A stretch of 64,000 nucleotides of DNA from the human T2T-CHM13v2.0 reference genome, Homo sapiens, in the NCBI RefSeq assembly GCF_009914755.1, contig NC_060928.1. One strand, given 5' to 3'. The position numbers were made by a program, and so were the translations under genes. The notes beneath the pieces are model-generated. The model worked only from the letters and a program-made list of their open reading frames with translations. It did no database searches and was not told the DNA's origin. This document shows positions 41,976 to 59,104 of this stretch, piece after piece (the stretch's first letter is position 1; each line of letters opens with the position of its first letter).

Positions 41976-42374
41976 GTACTTAATTATTAACATTTTCTTT
42001 GAAAAATTCTATGTGATAATATTGCTGAGCATTCTACTCCAACTTGTAATCATTTGTTGACATTATTTTTGTTATAAATTTTATTTGTAGCTTTCTTCAC
42101 TCTTTACCAGTTAATATTTCTGCTACTCTTTTCATTTATGTGAAGTATACTAAATTGAAAACTTTTAGTATTATGTATTTTTGGAGCCAAGTAAGTCACA
42201 ATATATACTTTTAAAAAGCCCTTTTCTCAAAACTTTTTTTTTTTTTTTTTGTATATTCAGGATATTGACCAAGGTAGCATCATACCTGGTCAAGTATACT
42301 ATTTTAACATAATCTTTTTCTGTTGTAAAGTTTTGGTCTCAGCCTTTTTTAGTTTGGATAATGATTGCAAGTTA

Positions 42375-42686
<312 letters not shown>

Positions 42687-43815
42687 GAAATATAAAGATT
42701 AATATCTCAATTTACATTCCAAGGTTTTGTTTAAATTTGTAATTTTGGAATTCTTTGAATTTTATTTTTACTTTAATCTTTGATTTTAATGTTTTTGTTA
42801 CATAAAAGCCTGGGTGACAGAGTGAAACCCTGTTTCAAAAAAAAAAAAGAATGCATATGCTTTATTTTTTTTCTCCTTGGGGCATAGTTTGTTTTCAGTA
42901 GTACTAATTGCAAAGTTTTCAACAATGGGCTTTCCTTTCCCTAACATTTGAAATGATCTGCAAAAATATTTTGCTTTTAATAGGTGATGTGAGGATTTAT
43001 TTGAATAGAGAATTCATGAAGTAAGTTATCCATCGAGTTACACTGGAAAAATATTCATTATATTTCCCTATTTGGGTTAGGAAGTATTTGAGTTCGGTAG
43101 CTAACAGAGTTTACTGATTTAGAAATGGACAGGAAGACTTTGGTAAGGATACCAATCCCTTAACTCTTCAGCTAAGCTCTGTGGCCTATTGATTAAGCAA
43201 TGAAACATGATTATATAGTTGATTTTAGAAGTTATTGAGGCATGTCTAGATTTTGATGTGTCTTGATTATATTACTACACTGCCAAGGGACCTCTGGTTC
43301 ACCTCTCGAGTGAATATGCAACTACTTTTGGAAATGATGAAAATATCTTAAAATAGATAGTGGCAATGATTGAACAATTGTGAATATTATAAAAACCACT
43401 GAATTGGATACTTTAAAAGGATAAATTATATGGTATTAATATATATATTTTATCTCAATATAGTTGTGTTTTTTAAAAAGACCCTAAAGTAAGAATGAGT
43501 TTAGTGAAATGAGAAATAGCAAGAAGGTCAGTGTGGCTAGACTGAAGAAGATAGAAGAGAGGTAGATGATGTCAGAGAGATGTGTTTGTCTTTCTGGAGG
43601 CAAATCAGTGCTCTGGGCTTGTAGATCAATAGCCATATCTCTAGCCCTAATGAAAGATTATTTGTACTATTTCCTTCGGGACACAAATTCAGCTAGTTTT
43701 TATAATGGAAAGTAATCTCATAAACTGATACAAAGCATTCGATGCTAGAGTCTCACAGATTTTTATTTGAATAGGTTATTCCTAAAGATAAAAATAACAG
43801 AGCCATGGAGATATC

Positions 43816-43863
43816 TAGATATAGATATAGATATATAGATATAGATATAGATATAGATATAGA
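43816..43863. repeat. (TAGATA)n hexanucleotide repeat
   Basis: Seen directly, one interruption. Confidence 0.95.
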
Positions 43864-44551
43864 CTGTGTACCTGGAATGTGATTGGAAGGGGTCTGTGAA
43901 TCCATGTGTATGCCATGCCACTGTACGTAGATCAAATAAACAAATGTACAGCTTCTAAGATGGAGAAGGATCCTGAAAATGTTTTAATATATTGAAAAGT
44001 GGTCCTAATTCTTGAAAATATTGGGAACCATTTGGTTACACCAGAGGAATTTTTCTCTAGTGACATTAAAGGCACTTATAAAAGACTAGTATGAGTGGTA
44101 TTTTGGGGTATGTGTTAAAGTGGTAGCTTTTAGGCTGTGGCGATTTTCATATATGTAAAGGGAGACTTTGATGGACATATGCAGAGTTCTTTTTTTATTA
44201 TTTCTATGTGGATTGTTTTTGATAACATTTTCATCCTCAGCTGAACTTTCTCTTTGATATCCAATATATTTCTAGGTAGCTTATTGCTTCTATGGATTTT
44301 CTAGTAATAATTTTAAAATAGCATTACTTTTTATTATCACAATATTAAAAAATAGGAAAGTAATTGTGATGTCAAAATACTCAACACATGGTATTTTTAT
44401 TTAATTAAAATATGTATTTTGGGGAATAGCTGATGATTATTACTATTTATCCTCCTCCTTACCAATATACAAATATAATTTTTTAGCCTTCAATAATATA
44501 ATAAGACTATATTAATTCCTTAATTTAGAAAGAGGCTATTTCCTTTTCTAG

Positions 44552-44645
44552 GAAAAGGGCATTGAAGTGATGTTTTCTCCCCACCCTTGCCCTACTTGGA
44601 CTCTTGATTGGAATGTTCTCCCTGCAGCAGTCAGCCCAAAGGAAG
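44552..44645 (+). CDS. GSTCD: GSTCD coding exon (EKGIEVMFSPHPCPTWTLDWNVLPAAVSPKE-G)
   Basis: 94 nt, ttttctag| and AAG|gtgagt; open in frame, phase 0/1; no further GSTCD exon found in window. Confidence 0.93.
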
Positions 44646-45107
44646 GTGAGTTTTCTTTTTTCTTTAAGTTTTATTCATACTTTGGATACTGTCTTCAGAT
44701 ATGTCTTCTAATTCTCTAAATCTCCCTTTGGCTTTATCTAATATTCTGATTATACTATCAGTTGAGTTTTCATTTTATTTTTCTTATGAAAATTATATAT
44801 ACACACACCACTTAGATTTAATATTTCTCACATTTTTCTACATTTGTTTTATTTGTTACTGTTTTTTCTTTGCTGACATATTTTGATTTTTGTTTTGTTT
44901 TAATTTTACTTTAAGTTCTAAGGTACATGAGCACAACGTGCAGGTTTGTTACATATGTATACATGTGCCATGTTGGTGTGCTGCACCCATTAACTCATCA
45001 TTTACATTAGGTATATCTCCTAATGCTATCCCTCCCCACTCCCCCTACCCCACAACAGGCCCCGGTGTGTGATGTTCCCCTTCCTGTGTCCAAGTGTTCT
45101 CATTGTT

Positions 45108-48873
<3,766 letters not shown>

Positions 48874-48936
48874 TATGATGTTAGCTGGTTATTTTGCTCG
48901 TTAGTTGATGCAGTTTCTTCCTAGCCTGGATGTTCT

Positions 48937-49946
48937 TTACAATTTGGCATGTTTTTGCAGTGGCTGGTAGCGGTTTTTCCTTTCCATGTTTAGTGCTTCC
49001 TTCAGGAGCTCTTTTAGGGCAGGCCTGGTGGTGACAAAATCTCTCAGCATTTGCTTGTCTGTAACGGATTTTATTTCTCCTTCACTTATGAAGCTTAGTT
49101 TGGCTGGATATGAAATTCTGGGTTGAAAATTCTTTTCTTTAAGAATGTTGAATATTGGCCCCCACTCTCTTCTGGCTTGTAGGATTTCTGCTGAGAGATC
49201 AGCTGTTAGTCTGATGGGCTTCCTTTTGTGGGTACCCCGACCTTTCTCTCTGGCTGCCCTTAACATTTTTTCCTTCATTTCAACTTTGGTGAATCTGACA
49301 ATTATGTGTCTTGGAGTTGCTCTTCTCGAGGAACATCTTTGTGGCATTCTCCGTATTTCCTGAATTTGAATGTTGGCCTGCCTTGCTAGGTTGGGGAAGT
49401 TCTCCTGGATAATATCCTGCAGCGTGTTTTCCAACTTGGTTCCATTCTCCCCGTCACTTTCAGGTAAACCAATCAGCCATGGATTTGGTCTTTTCACATA
49501 GTCCCATATTTCTTGGAGGCTTTGTTCATTTCTTTTTACTCTTTTTTCTCTAAACTTCTCTTCTTGCTTCATTTCATTCATTTGATCTTCAGTCACTGAT
49601 TCCCTTTCTTCCATTTTATCGAATCGGCTACTGAAGCTTGTGCATTCATCATGTAGTTCTCTTGCCATGGTTTTCAGCTCCATCAGGTCATTTAAGGACT
49701 TCTCTACTCTGGTTATTCTAGTTAGCCATTCGTCTAATCTTTTTGCAACGTTTTTAGCTTCTTTGCAATGGGTTCCTCCTTTAGCTCAGAGAAGTTTGAT
49801 TGTCTGAAGCCTTCTTCTTTCAACTCGTCAAAGTCATTCTCTGTCCATCTTTGTTCTATTGCTGGGTAGGAGCTGCATTCCTTTGGAGGGGGAGAGGTGC
49901 TCTGATTTTTAGAATTTTCAGCTTTTCTGCTCTGTTTTTTCCCCAC
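48937..49946 (-). pseudogene. L1 ORF1, disrupted
   Basis: Start codon mutated to GTG (49946); split into 70 and 248 aa ORFs with YPAKLS, EIWDYVKRPN. Confidence 0.95.
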
Positions 49947-51583
49947 CTTTGTGGTTTTATCTCCCTTTGGTCTTTGATGATGGTGACGTACAGATGGGGT
50001 TTTGGTGTGGATGTCCTGTCTGTTTGTTAGTTTTCCTTCTAACAGTCAGGACCCTCAGCTGCAGATCTGTTGGAGTTTGCTGGAGGTCCACTCCAGATCC
50101 TGTTTGCCTGGGTATCAGCAGTGTAGGCTGCAGAACAGCGAATATTGTTGAACAGCAAATGTTGCTGCCTGATCATTCCTCTGGAAGCTTCGTCTCAGAG
50201 GGGTACCCGGCCGTGTTAGGTGTCATTCTGCCCCTACTGGGGAGTGCCTCCCAGTTAGGCTACTCGGGGGGTCAGGGACCCACTTGAGGAGGCAATCTGT
50301 CAGTTCTCAGATCTCAAACTCTCTGCTGGGAGAACCACTACTCTCTTCAAAGCTGTACAGGGACATTTAAGTCTGCAGAGGTTTCTGCAGAGGGTTCCGC
50401 TGTGCCCTGCCCCCAGAGTTGGAGACTACAGAGGCAGGCAGGCCTCCTTGAGCTGCAGTGGGCTCCACCCAGTTCAAGCTTCCAGGCCGCTTTGTTTACC
50501 TACTCAAGCCTCAGCAATGGCGGGCACCCCTTCCCCAGCCTCGCTGCTGCCTTGCAGTTCTATCTCAGACTGCTGTGCTAGCAATGAGCAAGGCTCCGTT
50601 GGCGTGGGACCATCTGAGCCAGGCACGGGATATAATCTCCTGGTGTGCCGTTTGCTAAGACCATTGGAAAAGCACTGTATTAGGGTGGGAGTGACCCAAT
50701 TTTCCGGGTGCTGTGTGTCACCGCTTCCCTTGGCTAGGAAAGGGAATTCCCTGACCCCTTGCACTTCCTGGGTGAGGCGATGCCTCACCCTGCTTTGGCT
50801 CACACTCAATGGGCAGCACCCACTGTCCTGCCCCCACTGTCCGACAAGCCCCAGTGAGATGAACCCGGTACATCAGTTGGAAATGCAGAAATCACTCCGT
50901 GTGATTTCTTCTGCGTCACTCATGCTGGGAGCTGTAGACTGAAGCTGTTCCTATTCGGCCATCTTGGAACTGCCCCTGACATATTTTGAAAAAAAAAATT
51001 CCAGGTAACATGTCATACTTTAGGACTCATATTTTAAAAATATCGATATCTTAAATAATCACAATGCCATTATCATACCTAATAAAAATTAACAAACTTT
51101 AATGATCTTCTAATGCCCAATTTATAATCCATTTTCTCCGATTGTTTAAAATGTTGTTTGAGAAATATTGTTTTATTGTTTGGTTTTAAGCTAAATGATT
51201 ATATTTTTCTTTGCTGGAAATAATTATTGGTTTGTTTTTGTTTCTTTATAATTTTTTAAACATAGTTATTTTATATTTTATATTTTGTGTTTCTAATAGT
51301 TAATAGTTATTTTATATTTTGTACTTGTTATTTCTAATACTTAATGTTCATAGAGGTATAATCCTGCTGTTTGTTTTGTCTGTTGACTTTATTTCTGGTA
51401 CCTTATTTTCCTGTGAGTTTTGTAATTTTAGACTGTGAATTCATTTGGGGTTACCTCAATCTGTGGTAATCTTGTGGGGCTTGGATTAAGGGTAAATTCC
51501 TACAGAAAGGGATTATATTTGCTTATACCTACTAGGACTTAAGACCACTTAGCATTGGTTTTTCAGCTTCAGATTTCTTTAAA

Positions 51584-54500
51584 AAATGTTTAAATTTAAT
51601 TATATTTGTTATTTTTTCATTGACACATAGTAATTGTGCATATTTTTGGGGAACAGTATGATATTTTGATACATGTATGCAATGCATAATGATCAAGTTA
51701 GTGTAATTAGCATATTCATCATCTCAAACATTTATCATTCCTTTGTGTTAGGAACAGTCAAAATCTGCTCTTCCAGCTGTTTGAACTGTTATTAATTATA
51801 ATCACCAAACAGTGCTGTAGAACCCAGGAACATATTTTTCTTATCTAGCTGTAATTTTATATCCATTAACCAACTTCTGGCTATACACCCTTTCCAGTCC
51901 CTAGTAACTACTATTCTACTCTCTAATTCTATGAGACCAACTTTTTTTACCTTCCATTTGGAAGTGAGAACATGTGATATTTGTCTTTCTGTGCCTGGTT
52001 TATTTTATTTAACATAATTTCCTCCAAGCTCATCCATGTTGCTGTGAATGACAAGATTTATTTCATTTTTATGGCTGGATAGTTGGATAGTACTCCATCA
52101 TATATATGTACCACATTTTCTTTATCTCTTCTTCTGTTGATGGACACTTAGGTTGATTCCATATCTTGCCTATTGTGAATAGTGCTGCAATAAACATGTA
52201 AGGGCAGATATCTCTTCACTATACTGATTTCTTTTCTTTTGGATATATATCCAGCAAGGGAATTGCTAGATCCTATAGTAGTTCTAATTTCATTTTTGAG
52301 AAAACTCCATACTGTGTTTCATAATGGCTGTACTAGTTTACATTCCTACCAACAGTATATAAGTTTCCCTTTCTTTGCATCCTCACCATGTTATTTTTTG
52401 ACTTTTTAATAATAGACGTTCTAACTGGGATGAGAAGATATTGTGCATTTGATTTGCATTTTCCTGATGACTACTTATTTATTTTTGCTGTTTAGTTGTT
52501 TGAATTCCCTGTGTATTCAGGATATTAATCTTTTGTTGGATGAATAGTTTGCAAATATTTTTTCTCTTTCTGCTGGTTGTGTCTTCACTTTGTTGATTGT
52601 TTCCTTTGCTGTATAGGTTTTTAGTTCAATATAATTCTATTTGTCTGTTTTTGCTTTTGTTGTCTATGCTTTTTACGGTCTTATTCATAAAAACTTGCCC
52701 AGTCCAATGTCTAGAAGCATTCTCCTTATATTTTCTTCTAGTAGTTTTATAGTTTTGGGTCTTACATTTAAGTCTTTAGTCCATTTTGAGTGGATTTTGG
52801 TGTATGATGAAAGATAAGGTCTACATATGGATATCCAGTTTTTCTAGTACCATTTATTGAAGAGACTGTCCTTTCCCCAGTGAATGTCCTTGACACTTCT
52901 GTAAAAACATGAGTTGGCTATAAATGAGTGGAGATACGCTTTGGATATTTGTCCTCTGTAAATCTCAAGTTGAAATTTGAACCCAAATGTTGAAAGTGGG
53001 ATCTCAAGGCAGGTGTTTGGTTCATGGAGGCAGATTCCTTATGATTGGCTTTGTGACATCCTCATGGTAATGTGTGAGTTCTCACTCTTAGTTCCCATGA
53101 GAACCAGTTGTTGAAAAAAGCCTGGTACCTCCTCTACTCTCTCTCTCTTGCTCCCCCTTGCTATGTGATGCCTGCTCCCTTTTGCCTTCTGCCATGAGTG
53201 GAAGCTTCCTAAGACCCTTACCAGAAGCAGATGCTGACCTTATGCTTCTTGTACAGCCTGCAGAATTGTGAACCAAATAAACCTCTTTTCTTTATAAATT
53301 ACCCAGCCCCAGATATTCCTTTATAGCAATATACAAATGGTCAAAGACAAGTGGATTCATTTCTGGGTTCTCTTTTCTGTTCCTTGGTCTATGTGTCTGT
53401 TTTTAATACCAGTGCCACACTATTTTGGTTATTATAACTTTGCAGTATATTTGAAAATAGGTTGTATGAGGCCTTCAGCTTTGTTCCTTTTGCTCAGGAT
53501 TGCTTTGGCTGTTCAGACTCTTCTGTGGTTATACATGAATTTTAGGATTTTTTTTCTATTTTTGTGAGGATTGTCATTAGTATTTTTGTAGAGATTACAC
53601 TGAATCTATAGATCACTTTTGGTACTATGATTGTTTTTAACATATTCTTCTAAAGCATGAACATGGATATATTTATTTTTTTGTGTGTCCTCTTCAATTT
53701 CTTTTATCAGTGTTTTATAGTTTTTCTCTAAAAGTCTTTCACTTCTTTAGTTAAATTCATTTTTTTTTCTTGTTTGTCTTGTTTGTTGTTCCTGTATATT
53801 GATGCTACAGAATTTTGCATGTTGATTTTGTATCCTGCAGTTTGGCTGAAATTGTTTATCAGTTCTAAGAGTTTCTTGATAGAGCTCTTTGGTAGGTTTT
53901 TCTATATGTAAGATTGTGTCATCTGCAAATAGGGACAATTTGACTTCTTCCTTGCCAATTTGGATGCCCTTTATTTCTCTTGCCTAATTGCTCTGGCTAG
54001 GACTTAGTAGGATTCAGTAAGGTGAATAGGAGTGGTGAGAATGGGCATCCTTGTCTTGTTCCAATTCTTAGAGGAAAAGCTTTCAGTTTTCCCCATTCAG
54101 TATGATGTTAGCTATGGGTTTGACATAAGACCTTTATTATGTTGAGGTATGTTCCTTTTATACCCAGTTTGTTGAGAATTTTTATCACAAAGGATGTTGA
54201 ATTTTATCAACTGCATTTTGTGTATCTATTGAGATAATCACATAAGTTTTGTCCCTCATTCTGTTGATATAATGTATCTGATTTATTGATTTGCATATGT
54301 TGAATTATCCTTATATTCCTGGGATAAATTCCACTTGATCATGGTAATGAGTGTTGTAATGTGCTGTTGGATTTTCTGTTTGCTAGTATTTTGTTGAGGA
54401 TTTTTGCATCACTCTTTATCAGGGATATTGGCCTATAGTTTTCTTTTTCTGTTGTATAAGTTTTTTTGTTGTTGCTGTATTCTTGTCTAGTTTTTGTATC

Positions 54501-55748
54501 ATGGTAGTGCTAGCCTCATAGATGAGTTTTGAAGAATTCCCTCCTCTTCAATTTTCTGGAAGAGTTTGAGAAGAACTGGTATTAGATCTTCTTTGAATGT
54601 TTGGTATAATTCAGCTGTGAAGCCATCAGGTCCTAAGCTTTTCTTTGATGGGAGACTTTTTATTACTAATTCCATCTTGTTACTCATAATTGGTCTATTT
54701 CTAGGAGGTAGGACACTGCTTCAATAGGCACTGGGAAGACATGACTGCAGTTGGTGGCCAATGTACTGTTTTTCGAAGAGACTGTGTACCTTTTCAGCTC
54801 AGACACAGAGGGGTATGACTGCTTTTGTTGGTCAAAGCCCCATTTACCTGGGATGTCTTGTGTTGCTTCAGTTCTGGTCCAGAGAGGCATGGTGTAGCAA
54901 AGACTGGGAGAGGTTTTTATAACAGCTTTTTCAGGGCATCATTTTCCTTAGAGGCAGTGTGCAGCTTCGGCTCAGTCCCCTAGGAGCAGGTGCAACCATG
55001 ACTGAGGGATGGAACGGTTCTGCCAGAACACCGTTTCTCCAGGAATGAGTGTGTAGCTTCAGCTCTAGCTGTGAGTGGGGGCTAGGAGGAGTGCATGAAA
55101 CAGCTCCACTACTGCTTGAGCCCACAGGAAATGGTACAAGAGGTGGTCACAGGTAGGCTTGGGGATGTCAGGGCATTGGACAGGGGTGGTTTGGCAGCAG
55201 CTTAGCCTCAGAAATGAAGGGATATTGTGGGTACTCACCTCCAAGCAACACTCCAACATTAGTTCCAGTTTGCAGATGGCATTGTGCAGTAGCCACGTAG
55301 GCCCCAGGGTGCAAGACATAGTGTCAGCTCCTTCTCTGTGGGATGACAGCTATGCGGACTACAGGCAGCTCCCTCAGCTGGGCTTAAGTACACCGATCAA
55401 CACTTTGAACAACTATAGTCCTCACTCCAGTAGGACTCACTACTGGAGTGAGGACTATAGTTTTGCTTGCCTTTTGCTAGCCTTTCCCCACGGGGAGAGT
55501 TCCTCCTAATTCCAATCTGATCCCTGCTGGGGAATGGGCGGGTGGAGACCAGGTGTTTCCTTCAGTTCTCTGTACGGCTATCCTGAATTCCTGTGTTCAC
55601 CTGAGTTTCTGTTACTTCTTTGATGTACTCCAGCGCTCTCCTTTAGTCATTTTCATTATGATGTAGTTATTTATTAGTTGTTTAGGCTGTTTTTGTGGTG
55701 GGGGCGTGGGATGCTTGGGCATATGGAGTGCTAGGGGCTTCTTAAGCA
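51584..55748 (-). mobile_element. Older L1 (L1MA/L1PB-like): 3'UTR, part of ORF2, then GC-richer putative 5'UTR
   Basis: SLFADD and GPDGFTAE peptides; near-TSD cagat(t)tctttaaa at 51570-51583 and 55749-55761. Confidence 0.8.
52932..53349 (+). mobile_element. MaLR solo LTR (MSTB-like) nested in L1
   Basis: Homologous to the 33330 LTR; 5-bp TSD agtgg. Confidence 0.9.
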
Positions 55749-57853
55749 CAGATTCTTTAAACGTTTTTTCATCTAAAACTGAGACTTAAACAGACAAGTT
55801 ACCTTTTATCATCTTCCTTTGTTGTTGGGTAGAACTTTTTTCATGCGTCTTTTCAGAGGGAATATAGCTTTTGAAGGTTTCTGCTTTCAGGTAGTGATTT
55901 TTGTTCCAACTCTCCAACATGCTGGGATGAAGGACTGGCCTCTTTTTGTCCTACTGTTAAAGTCTGGGTCCCTATTATTAGCAAATACCCTCAGGGCAGC
56001 CATAGTGTCAGTTCAAGACTATTACACAAATTTTCAGCAATCCCCCCAACTTTTTACCCCCTCACATTCTTAAGGCCCTATAAATTTTCCTTATTCTGAG
56101 AAACCCGCCTAGACATGTAAAGGATGCTTGTTTAATTTTAAATAACATTTTAGGTGTTTTTTAGATAGAGAATTCTTTATAATAGCTCAATTTCTTCACT
56201 TATTCACTTATTCTTAAGTTTTATATTTAGCCATATATAATTCTTAATTTTTAATCCTCTTTGAAGTAGTTGCCTTCCCTTTTCATATTCTTTTTTTCTG
56301 TGATGCTACCTAATATTGCCTGTATCTCACGGGTCATTTCTATTCTGTTAATCAAGGAAATAATTTAGAATTCTCTCAGTATGGAAGAAGATCATGTTGG
56401 AGAATTAAGATTTCTGCCCCAAAGATATTTTATAAAAATAAAATTGAATTTTTGGTGTTTTATTAATTGTATACAAAGATAGTAAAGAATTTGTTAGTGT
56501 TTTAATTTTACATATTTTCTGACACTTCAAAAATTTAAATGTTTTTATGGTACTTACAATTGAATTTTGGCTGTATACACTTAAGTTGTAATATAGATTT
56601 TGAAGAAGCTAAACTTAGAATTTACTAAATTTAAAAATCCAATTTTCATTAATATTTATGTTTATCAAGAAATGAAAACAGAGTTTTCTAAATGCCACAT
56701 GTTTTGCTTTATCCATAATTCATCGACTTGGAGACAAAATAATATTTTCACTTATTAGTATGAGCAATCAATTACATCAGCTACCAACTGAAGGAGATCT
56801 CACATTAAACATTCATGGCTGGTCGTTTTTCTGGTTAGAAGTTCATATCTAACAGAGTTCATGGAATATATTACTCATTACATCCCTATAATTGGATCAT
56901 CTTGTTTTCATAATATTATGACAAAGAAGCAACTCTAACAGCAGGGCTACAGGGTATACTCACATTACATTCACTGTTTCTTAAAAGGTTTATAGTCTGT
57001 TAAAGTAAGGCAGAATTGTGGCATTTTAAGTTTGTTGTTTTCAGTTCTGGTAATTTCAAACATTGCATGATAATAAGATCTTTGTGAAATAAAATTATGT
57101 AGGGGTATGGAGGATCACTGTGAAAACATTCTCAAGATTCATGTTTCTGTACTGTCAGGAGAAATCTCTAATACAATCTGTATTAAGATTTTATTGGTAC
57201 TTGGTTCATTTGGATGTCTCAACGACTGACTCTTTATGCTGAATTCATTTAATTACATCAAGATTTTGGTGCATATTATAATAACCATTCTTTTTACTAA
57301 TAAAGGCTGTATTAATCCTCATGATATAAGCTATTTTTTAGGCCTATCCAATCTGCCATCCTCTGCTCTTACCCATTTCTCTCCCCACATCTTATCTACC
57401 ATTCCTTGAACTTTTTACTGTTTTTCTTTTATACAACCTATATTTACTATTTACATGTCTTTCCTTTTTTCTTCCAGCCTTGAATATTCTTCTTCCCACT
57501 CCCCTTGCTAGTTGAAATTATACTTGTCTTTTAAGGATCAATTCAAACGCTGCTTCCTTCATTAAGTCTTCTCTATGGAGTCAACCTGCCTGAAATTTAG
57601 TTAGCTACCTAGCTAGATAACCCATGGCCAGATACTCAACTTCTCCGTGCCTTGGTTGCATCATCTGCGGAATGGAGATCATAGTGTATACCTTATGGAA
57701 TTGTTGGTACAGTCGGTGCATTAATATGGAAAGCAATTAGCACAGTGCCTAGGAAACTGCAAATGTTAAATATTTGCTCATATGGAAGTGAGAATTAATT
57801 ACTGCCTCTTGATATCCTATTAGTACTTTCTCTTTTTTTGTTGTTGTTTTTAC

Positions 57854-58395
<542 letters not shown>

Positions 58396-58775
58396 TGTAA
58401 TTTCTTATACTTTGTATTTTGTACTTGTATTATGCTTCTGATACGCTATAATTATTTATGTACATGTTTTTTTTCTTCAATAGACTGTGAACTCTTCGAA
58501 TGTAGGACTCCTAGAGCTAGATACTCAATTATTTTTTATTAAACTGAATGACTTGAAACTACAGATCCTTTATTTAAACTTCCCAAATTTCTGCTTTATC
58601 TAGGCAACTCTTTAAATTCTTTTATCTCATGTAGATTTCAAAGGCTGAAATAATTGAGATTTTTTAGTTTGAAGAAAAGAGAACTGAGGATTTAATGTAC
58701 ATTATTATTATATTTTTAATGGACTGTTTGGGAGTAAGTTGCAGACATTGTTCACTTTCACTCCTAAATACTTAA

Positions 58776-59104
<329 letters not shown>

